Below, in pieces: positions 1-6,834 of a stretch of 20,295 nt of DNA (positions are counted from its first letter, which is position 1; each line of letters starts with the position of its first letter). Source of the stretch: an uncultured Verrucomicrobiae bacterium (GTDB taxonomy: Bacteria > Verrucomicrobiota > Verrucomicrobiia > Limisphaerales > JAFGQR01). The notes beneath the pieces were generated by a model, which ran no database searches, was not told the origin of the DNA, and was given only the letters and a program-made list of their open reading frames with translations. A program made the position numbers and the translations under genes. The stretch covers positions 1 through 20,295 of the forward strand of contig CAWBHS010000107.1 in the NCBI GenBank assembly GCA_963788655.1, written 5' to 3'.

Positions 1-81
1 GCCAAGTGAAGGTCGAGGCCACAGAGGCGTGGGTGCCTGCGCCAAATGGCCGCAAGCGCGGGGCAAAAGCACACGGACACC

Positions 82-485
82 CTAATCCATCAACACCTTG
101 AAGCCAGCTTGGGCGAAATGATGATCAGCCGTCAGTGCCCGGTCGATGCCACGCGTCTTCATCGTGACAAACGAGGGGCAATCGGTGAGCGACCATTCCT
201 TGTCGGCACGTTGGGCGTGGAGCGTGCATCCCTCCTGAAACAGCTCGCTGCTGACGGGCACAATTTCAACGTCATCTTGATTTCGGAGCAATTCCAGAAA
301 TCGTGCAAATACCGTACGGTTCCGTGGCTGACTCAGTCCATCGCCGACTTCCGTCAGTACGAATCTTCAGTAGTTACCAGCGGGGCCACTGGTTCTCGGT
401 GCAATGCCCGCGCGCAAGCATGCCACTGGTCCTCGGGATTGAGTAGCGCCAAAAAATAGACCGTGTCAGCGAACGCCGCTTTTAT
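82..485 (-). pseudogene. vapC: PIN-domain (VapC-like) toxin, frameshifted, start codon reads ATA
   Basis: Stitching minus-strand frames gives (I)KAAFADTVYFLALLNPEDQWH...LVTTE/VLTEVGDGLSQPRNR...FLE/LLRNQDDVEIVP...DKEWSLTDCPSFVTMKTRGIDRALTADHHFAQAGF, the PIN acidic motif set. There are two frameshifts (~362 and ~295), which could be sequencing error. Confidence 0.8.
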
Positions 486-586
486 CTCCGGGGTGTCCCG
501 TGCAGATAGTGGTCGTGATTTTGAGCAAAGTCCTCCGGCAATCCGTGGGCGGAGCCTGCCACTTCCAGCAGCGCGGGAATGTTCAT
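482..586 (-). pseudogene. C-terminal remnant of a small antitoxin (34-aa ORF)
   Basis: Manual translation gives MNIPALLEVAGSAHGLPEDFAQNHDHYLHGTPRR*. The LPxDFAxNHDHYLHG tail is typical of small proteins encoded upstream of PIN toxins, and the stop overlaps the toxin start position (AGATAAAAG). Confidence 0.6.
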
Positions 587-713
587 CCGCCAAACCCAGC
601 ACCGCAACGTTGACTTGCTGACTGCCGGCCAGCTCGACTTGCAGCTTGCGTTCGGTTTCGAAGATGCCTCCGTTCTGGCGGGACACCGAATCCATGAGGC
701 AGGCTGCTTTCAC
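577..713 (-). pseudogene. N-terminal fragment (~45 aa) of a GT-B/GT4-like glycosyltransferase
   Basis: MKAACLMDSVSRQNGGIFETERKLQVELAGSQQVNVAVLGLADEHS resembles the GT4 N-terminus (strand, GG loop, helix, strand). Similarity stops abruptly at the antitoxin remnant. Confidence 0.5.
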
Positions 714-743
714 CTTAAACAGAGCAGTGAACGATGTTCAAAA

Positions 744-773
744 TTGCCATTTCATTCGCCGGTGTGCTAAAGT
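744..773 (+). promoter_or_regulatory. Putative sigma70 promoter of the UPF0175/DUF3368 operon
   Basis: TTGCCA (744-749), 18 nt spacer, TAAAGT (768-773) with an extended -10 TG at 765-766; ATG at 783. Confidence 0.45.
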
Positions 774-782
774 GAGCTGGTC

Positions 783-1049
783 ATGCAAGTTATCGTGGAA
801 ATGCCCGATCAAGTCGCTCGCCAATGGGGCGAAACCCCGAACGCGGTTGGCCGCCATGTCATGGAAGACGCAGCCATTGAAGGTTATCGCGCCGGGCGAC
901 TTTCGCAACGGCAAGTTGGCGAAATGCTGGGTTTGGACTACTGGCAGACGGAAGCCTTCCTCTCGGAACGCGGCGTGCCTCTGAATTACTCCGCCGCTGA
1001 CTTGGCGGCTGATCGTGCCACGTTGGACAAAATTCTTGCCCGCTCGTGA
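783..1049 (+). CDS. UPF0175-family putative antitoxin (88 aa)
   Basis: Motif AIEGYRAGRLSQRQVGEMLGLDYWQTEAFLSERGVPLNYSAADLAADRATL; GTGA stop/start overlap with the downstream PIN-like gene. Confidence 0.85.
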   Translation: MQVIVEMPDQVARQWGETPNAVGRHVMEDAAIEGYRAGRLSQRQVGEMLGLDYWQTEAFLSERGVPLNYSAADLAADRATLDKILARS

Positions 1050-1429
1050 GCGTTGTCGTTTCGGATACCTCCCCGTTGCATTACCTCGTGCTGTGTGGCG
1101 CGGAAACAATTCTTGCAGCTTTGTTTCACCAAGTGGTTATTCCTCCAATGGTGGCTCATGAACTGCAACAACCGAATACCCCGCCGCAGGTGCGCGAATG
1201 GGCGCGTGCGCTGCCGCCGTGGGTGACTATCCAGAAGCCTCAGACAGTCGATCTGGCGTCCATGCTGGCGCGCCTGCGCCAAACCAAGGCCCGCCTTGAT
1301 CCCGAATTGGTGTGGGCCGCGTTGGCCCGCGACCAAGCGCGCCGTGAAAAGCAACAACTGACGCGGGAGGGAGTTGGAACCAGTAGAGTAGAGAGGAAAG
1401 CACGGAATGAAAGGCCCGAAAACCAATGA
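1046..1429 (+). pseudogene. DUF3368-type PIN-like toxin with internal deletion; 3' end interrupted by the intron
   Basis: The N-terminus VVVSDTSPLHYLVL...LFHQVVIPPMVAHEL is typical. The central GExEAI / LxDD / GTxGLL motifs are missing, and the sequence jumps at ~1250-1255 to the C-terminal LARLRQTKARLDPELV. The current stop at 1429 lies inside the intron, on its antisense strand. Confidence 0.75.
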
Positions 1430-1485
1430 CCGCCGCTTCCCTCTCCCTCGTCGAACCGGACATGGAGATTTCCCCCATCCGGCTC
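1383..1485 (-). ncRNA. Group II intron catalytic domain V and domain VI
   Basis: DV GAGCCGGATGGGGGAAATCTCCATGTCCGGTTC (1485-1453) has the AGC triad and a 2-nt AT bulge. The DVI stem GAGGGAGAGGGAAGC...GCTTTCCTCTCT-A-CTC has a bulged A at 1389, 7 nt from the end. Confidence 0.9.
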
Positions 1486-1514
1486 TCGCCAGTGTCGGCT
1501 CTTCCACAAAGCAT

Positions 1515-2864
1515 TCACAACGCAACCAGTCCCAGATGGTCCAAGTGAGCATACAGGCTGACGCCCTCACGGGCTCGCCAACCCCGTTGGCTGCGACGTT
1601 GCAGATGCCGTCCCAACCGATACCGCACGAAGTGATTGAGCTGACGAAATGCCTTCCGCGGATAGCCCAACTTGAAGTAGTTGGACCAACCCCGCAGGTG
1701 ACGGTTCACCCGTCCAATCAACTCCGGCATGGGCGTATGACTCTGATGCGGGTTGATCAACCCTCGCAACGCTTTCCGTTCCCGCTCCATCGTTTTGCGC
1801 GACGGTTCCAGGTTCCAGTAACGCTGCGGCCGACCGTATTGATCGCGGTCATACCGAAAGGTGTAGCCCAGGAAATCCAGGCTCTGGCCCGATTGCTTCA
1901 AATCCACGATCCGAGTTTTATCCCGGTTGATTTGCAGGTCCAGCCAGCCTTCCAGTTTGCCCTCGATCCATTCCCGCAACTTCGGACTGATGTAGCGAGC
2001 CATGACCACGAAGTCGTCCGCGTAACGGATCAGCTTCGCTTTGGCCCATTGCGCCGGTCCATCTCCTCGTTGGAAGAGGTGGTCGAACCAGTGCAAATAG
2101 ACATTGGCCAGCAAAGGCGAAAGCACTCCACCTTGGGGGGTGCCCCGGTCGTTGCGTCGCACCGTGGGTGGTTGTCCCCCTGGGGGCGGTTCCACCACCG
2201 GCGCCTTGAGCCATTGTCGGATCAGTCCCAGGACCGAACCGTCCACCACGCGCATCCGCACGCAAGCGATCAGCTTATCGTGGGGAATGCTGTCGAAGTA
2301 GCCAGCCAGATCCGCATCATACACCGCCGTTTGACCCTCCTTCAGGTGCTGTTGGATGGCGCGCAAGGCATCGTGCGCCGATCGTCCGGGCCGAAACCCG
2401 TGGGAGCAGTCTTCAAAGTCGGCTTCGAAGATCGGCTCCAGGATCAGCAACACCGCCGCTTGCACCACCCGGTCCCGCACCGTCGGAATGCCCAACGGCC
2501 GCAACTTGCCGTTGGCCTTCGAGATATACACCCGCCGCACCGCTTGGGCACGATAGGTTTTGTCCCTCAGGCTCCGTTCGATCTCGGACAGAAATGCCGC
2601 TTCGCTTTCCGGCGTCGTGGTGATCTGTTCGATGCTCACTCCGTCCACGCCCGGCGCACCGTCGTTGCGCCGCACCGCGGCCCAAGCCGCTTGCAGCACG
2701 TCGGTTCGATACACCAAAGCGTAGAGACTGTAGAAGCGAAACCGCTTCTGTTGTTTGGCTTTCTGGCCCAGCTTCTGTCTCAGTTCCCGCAGGCTCGGCG
2801 GCAGGATCGCTTCCCGGAAGGAAAGTTCCTCCACCGCTTCTTCTGTTGTAGGAATGAACTCCAT
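1515..2864 (-). CDS. ltrA: Group II intron reverse transcriptase/maturase (449 aa, no endonuclease domain)
   Basis: [71 protein letters not shown] and domain X LRGWSNYF. Start placed at ATG 2864 (GGAG upstream) rather than 2987, which lies in intron RNA structure. Confidence 0.96.
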   Translation of the reverse strand: MEFIPTTEEAVEELSFREAILPPSLRELRQKLGQKAKQQKRFRFYSLYALVYRTDVLQAAWAAVRRNDGAPGVDGVSIEQITTTPESEAAFLSEIERSLRDKTYRAQAVRRVYISKANGKLRPLGIPTVRDRVVQAAVLLILEPIFEADFEDCSHGFRPGRSAHDALRAIQQHLKEGQTAVYDADLAGYFDSIPHDKLIACVRMRVVDGSVLGLIRQWLKAPVVEPPPGGQPPTVRRNDRGTPQGGVLSPLLANVYLHWFDHLFQRGDGPAQWAKAKLIRYADDFVVMARYISPKLREWIEGKLEGWLDLQINRDKTRIVDLKQSGQSLDFLGYTFRYDRDQYGRPQRYWNLEPSRKTMERERKALRGLINPHQSHTPMPELIGRVNRHLRGWSNYFKLGYPRKAFRQLNHFVRYRLGRHLQRRSQRGWRAREGVSLYAHLDHLGLVAL

Positions 2865-3422
2865 CCCAATCAGCTCCGGATTCCTCTGACTCGGCTTGAC
2901 TCTGGCCAGGGCTCCTTGGCTCCCTGCCAACTTGATCGGCAGATCGACGCTACTATGAGCCCATCCGACGCCGCGATTCGGCCCCACCAGCGGTTATGGC
3001 TTCCCGCCAGGGGTTGTCCTGCGTTACAGGCCAGGACTCCGAACCGGGCCTCCCAAGTTCCCAGTGGTTCTTTCTGCGCGCGCTGTCTCCTCTCACCCCG
3101 GGGAGTCCGGTCGGTGCATGGGATCGAATCTTCCCGACCGATGCGGGCTTCACCACATCCGGCAGGCTGGCCACTCCCAGTTTTGTGTAACGAGGCCGAA
3201 CCGAGTTCGCGGAACGCTACGGCTCGCGCATTGGCCTTCCCCAGCTTCAACGGGCAGGATCGCTCCCACCCGCTTAAGGGTCGGCTACATGACTCTCGAC
3301 CATTTATCATGGTTAACACGTTGCAGTTAACAAGAACCACCAAGCTTGCTTGGCGCTTTCCGGATCGCACTTATTTCACGGATATTCTTTTCCCTGTTTT
3401 CTTCCTTGTGATCCATCGCTCA

Positions 3423-3857
3423 TTACTCCACGCCTTCTTCCTTTTCCACGAGTGCGACGATTTCCCGAAGGCCGTCCACCACGGCTTCCAGTTCGGTGAT
3501 GGCTTCGGCGGCGAGGTCCTGCGAGAAAGCCTCCCGTGCCGCACGCCGGGTCGCAGATGCGGAAGTCGGGTTTGTCGCGCGGCTCGGGTTTCATCACGCG
3601 GACGACAGCCTGGATGAGCGGGCGGGGCGTGAAGTATTGGCCCGCGCCTTTCTTACCTTCGCTGGCGGCCTTTTCGAGCAGGCCCTCGAACGCCGCGCCC
3701 TTCACGTCCACATCCATCGCCAACCAATCTTCCTCGTCAAGCATGGCGACGACGCGCTTGAGTTTGACGGGATTGTTAGAGCGCGGCGTGGCTTGGGCGA
3801 AGATGTCGGCGAGCAGCCCGCCGCCTTCGCGGAGCTTGTGGAGGATGTCGGTAAAAA
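3423..3857 (-). pseudogene. hsdM: Type I R-M methyltransferase HsdM remnant (5'-truncated, large internal deletion)
   Basis: KGAAFEGLLEKAASEGKKGAGQYFTPRPLI and DPACGTGGFL (motif I) are followed at ~3521, in another frame, by a C-terminal-like QDLAAEAITELEAVVDGLREIVALVEKEEGVE* (TAA 3425-3423). There is no NPPF motif IV. Confidence 0.88.
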
Positions 3858-4057
3858 AGTCCCATCGGGACGACCGACAATAGCCCAGCGATTTATCGCT
3901 GGGATGACGGCAAACCAATCCGTCCAAGCCCCGCAGGGGCGAAAGAAACTGTGTGGCAATGCGTGCGTGTTCTTTCGTCCCTGACGGGACTCGTTCACTC
4001 TCCGCCCGGACACCCAGCGATAAATCGCTGGGTTATTTTCTTTCGCCCTGCCGGGCT
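3858..4057. repeat. Nested palindromic REP/REPIN-like element (~200 bp, two inverted arms of three hairpins each)
   Basis: CCCAGCGATTTATCGCTGGG (3884-3903) and its reverse complement (4013-4032); AGCCCCGCAGGGGCGAAAGAA (3927-3947) versus TTCTTTCGTCCCTGACGGGACT (3970-3991); outer hairpins at 3859-3871 and 4038-4057. Confidence 0.85.
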
Positions 4058-4300
4058 GGAAACAACATCCACGGTTTCCGGCCAAACGACCGACTTGGTG
4101 CTCATTGGGCTGTTTGCTGCACCCTGGCTTCCATTGCTCGAACCGGAGGCGGGCTGGGCGGTTGAATCGCCGGCGAACTTATTCTTCCTTTGCCAGGATG
4201 GTCGTAATCCACGCAACTTTGTTCGCCCTGCCTGCCTGGAAACGAACTCGGCCGGCCTTGGGCGCGGTTATCTCGGGGACTTGCGCGGAATCCTCTGGAC

Positions 4301-4330
4301 TTGACTAGCATTAGGGTTTATCAATAATAA
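4301..4330 (+). promoter_or_regulatory. Possible sigma70 promoter of the cytochrome gene
   Basis: TTGACT (4301-4306) followed after 16-18 nt by AATAATAA, in an AT-rich patch just before ATG 4336. Confidence 0.4.
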
Positions 4331-4335
4331 CCAGA

Positions 4336-6186
4336 ATGAGCAGTAGATCAGCTTTACTTAAACACACTATTGATTTAGGTCGGGAAGCCGGGCGCAATTG
4401 GCGGGGCCCTGGGACCGCCAGAACCACGGCTTTTCCGACACCACCTCCCGCGGAACCAGGTCACCGCAAGTCAGCCACCCTTGGGCCATGGCGGCTGGCC
4501 CTGGCCGTCGCGCTGTGGACGATGGGGTCCACCCCCACGGTCCTGGCGGCGGAAACCATTCCGAACGAGGATTGCATGATCTGCCATTCCGACAAGGAGC
4601 TCTACAAAACCAATTCTGCCGGCGAAGGCATTTCGATGTTTGTGGATGAGGCGCAATTTGCCAAATCGGTCCACGGCACCAATGCGTGCGTGAATTGCCA
4701 CAGCGATCTAACGGAGGAGCATCCGGATAACGAGGTGGCGGCCAAACCGGTCCATTGCGCGAGCTGCCATGCCAGACAGTCGGAGAGTTACAACGCCAGT
4801 GCCCACGGTTTGGCGCTGGCCGGCGGAATGTCAGCGCGGCCACGTGCGTGGATTGCCATGGGAACCACAGTATTCACCGCCCCAATTCACCCGAATCCCG
4901 GCTCTATTTCACAAAACTGGCCGAGACGTGCGGCGAGTGTCATCCGGTCGTGGCGGAGGAGGTCGAGCAAAGCGTCCATGGCAAATCTGTGGCGGAAGGA
5001 AACCGCGATGCGGCCACTTGTACGGACTGTCACTCGGAACACAAAATTGAGATTTGCGGAAGATGTCGCCCATCAAGGTGGCCCAACTGATTTGCAGCAA
5101 ATGCCATGCATCCGAACGGCTCAGCAGCAAGTATCGCCTGCCGTCCGACCGCGTGAAAACCTTCATGGAGAGCTATCACGGCTTGGCGTCAAAGTATGGT
5201 TCGACGCGCGCGGCCAATTGTGCCAGTTGCCATGGAGTGCATCTCATTCTGCCCTCCTGGGATGCACGATCCACCATCAACACCAACAACCTGATGGCGA
5301 CCTGCGGGAAATGTCATCCGGGCGCCTCGGAGAATTTCGTACAGGGCAAGATTCACGTGGATGAGGCCACGGGCATGGATATTCAGACGGGCAAGTTATT
5401 CGGTACGGCGATTGTACCTTGGCTTAATCGGCGTCACCATTGGCCTGATGCTGGCGCACAATGGCCTGGCTTGGCGGCGCAAAGCCATGGTTTCATTCCG
5501 GTCAAGGACCGCACGGTCCGGCGGATGAGCACTTCGCAACGCCTCCAACATTTTATCCTGGCGCTCAGTTTCATAATCCTGGCAGCCACGGGCTTCGCGT
5601 TGAAGTATCCCGATTCCTGGCTCGCGTGGCTGCTGGGTGCTGATGAAACCGTGCGGCGATGGGGGCACCGGATTTCCGGCGCCATCATGCTGGGGCTGGG
5701 CGTCTATCATCTCCTCTACGTCATCGTGACGCGGGATGGTCGGCAATTGCTCAAAGATTTTCTGCCGCGCGGGAAAGATCTCAGTGATGTCTCACTGCAA
5801 GTGCGCCATTGGCGGGCCATACCGAGGAACGGCCCCGCTTTGGCCGGTTCGGTTACGCGGAGAAGCTGGAATACTGGGCGGTCGTGTGGGGCACGATCAT
5901 CATGGGCGTCACCGGATTGATGATCTGGTTCAAGATGGACGTGACGCAATTCCTGCCGCGCTGGGCGGTGGATGTGGCGACCACCGTTCATTTTTACGAG
6001 GCCATCCTGGCCTGCCTCGCCATCGTGGTATGGCACTTCTATCATGTCGTGTTTGATCCGCACGTCTATCCCATCAACTGGGCCTTCTGGGATGGCCGCG
6101 TGTCGGCGGAATGGTATCGTCACGAACACCCGCTGGACACCTCAGACACTGGTCGGAGAAGCGCCGCAGAACACGCAACCACCTGA
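4336..6186 (+). CDS. Nonaheme cytochrome c fused to a cytochrome b/b6-like membrane domain (CbcL-like), split by ~5 frameshifts
   Basis: A signal peptide is followed by CMICH, CVNCH, CASCH, CVDCH, CGECH, CTDCH, CSKCH, CASCH and CGKCH across three frames. Then come a TM helix (RRLYLGLIGVTIGLMLAHNGL) and the b domain: QRLQHFILALSF, WGHRISG, FGYAEKLEYWAVVWG, VHFYEAILACLAIVVWHFY. The true end could be 6232 if there is one further indel. Confidence 0.88.
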
Positions 6187-6293
6187 ATCGGGTCTCAGCA
6201 ATCAAACCGGCTCGGAAGTGCCGCACAAGTAACCCGTATTCGTCGTCGGAATGCGGGTCCCTCATCCGCCCGCCAGACAAATACGGAAACAGC

Positions 6294-6785
6294 TTAGTGC
6301 GGCGAGGCAGCCCGTTTTGTCGGCTCCGGCTTGCGGGTGTTAAGGATCCACCATATCAGGAACACCACGATGGCGACGTTCACCAGAATCACGATCAAGT
6401 GCAGCAAGGTAAAGTGGTGCGCCGCGGTGTAGAGTTCCACCGGAATGTAAACACCTCCGGAAATCGCCCCAAACCACTCCGCCCACCGGCGTTCGTGCCA
6501 CAGGCCGTACGCTTCGGCCAGGCGCAGGGCCGCGTAGCAGAGTGAGCCGCCCGCCAGCAACCACAGGCGGGTGTCGGTCAATTGGGAGGCAAGTTTTAAA
6601 AAGACGCCCGGATAGTGGTGGGAAGGATTGAGGTGCAAGAATAGCACCACGTTTTCCGCCAGAGCTTGGATATCCTGATGAAGCAACGCCAGCAATCCGG
6701 CTCCCGCCAAGAGAACGAGCACCCCTTTAGTGGCTTCCAACACAGCAATGGCCCGTAAACCAATGGCGGACTTCAGGTGAAACAT
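6294..6785 (-). CDS. DUF2127-like membrane protein (163 aa)
   Basis: GLRAIAVLEATKGVLVLLAG, EAYGLWHERRWAEWF, YIPVELY; four hydrophobic segments. Confidence 0.8.
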   Translation of the reverse strand: MFHLKSAIGLRAIAVLEATKGVLVLLAGAGLLALLHQDIQALAENVVLFLHLNPSHHYPGVFLKLASQLTDTRLWLLAGGSLCYAALRLAEAYGLWHERRWAEWFGAISGGVYIPVELYTAAHHFTLLHLIVILVNVAIVVFLIWWILNTRKPEPTKRAASPH

Positions 6786-6834
6786 TGAATCAGTCGTGAC
6801 GGTTCAATCGTGGTTTTGATTGCATCGTTCCAAC

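Larger units (their letters stand above)
1383..3370 (-). mobile_element. Group II intron, apparently complete (1988 nt)
   Basis: 5' end GTGCGATCCG at 3370, ~500 nt non-coding region for domains I-III, RT/maturase ORF, domains V and VI, and 3' end ...CTCTACTCTAC at 1383. Confidence 0.93.

Noticed and set aside
1515..2987. RT as a DGR, retron or CRISPR-associated RT
   Set aside because: It has domain X, a GTGCG 5' end and DV/DVI. No TR/VR pair, msr-msd or cas genes are visible.
1407..3617. 736-aa plus-strand ORF
   Set aside because: It is the antisense shadow of the intron RT and RNA domains in GC-rich DNA, with no recognisable motifs.
3995..4216. 73-aa minus-strand ORF as the missing hsdM N-terminus
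   Set aside because: It has no HsdM N-terminal features and runs into the palindromic element; it may be an unidentifiable gene remnant.
3858..4243. Palindromic repeats as a CRISPR array or attC cassette sites
   Set aside because: The copies are inverted and nested rather than regularly spaced direct repeats. I found no convincing RYYYAAC/GTTRRRY boxes and no integrase.
4370..4383. FNR-like box TTGATTTAGGTCGG near the cytochrome start
   Set aside because: Only one half-site matches TTGAT-N4-ATCAA, and it lies inside the predicted CDS.
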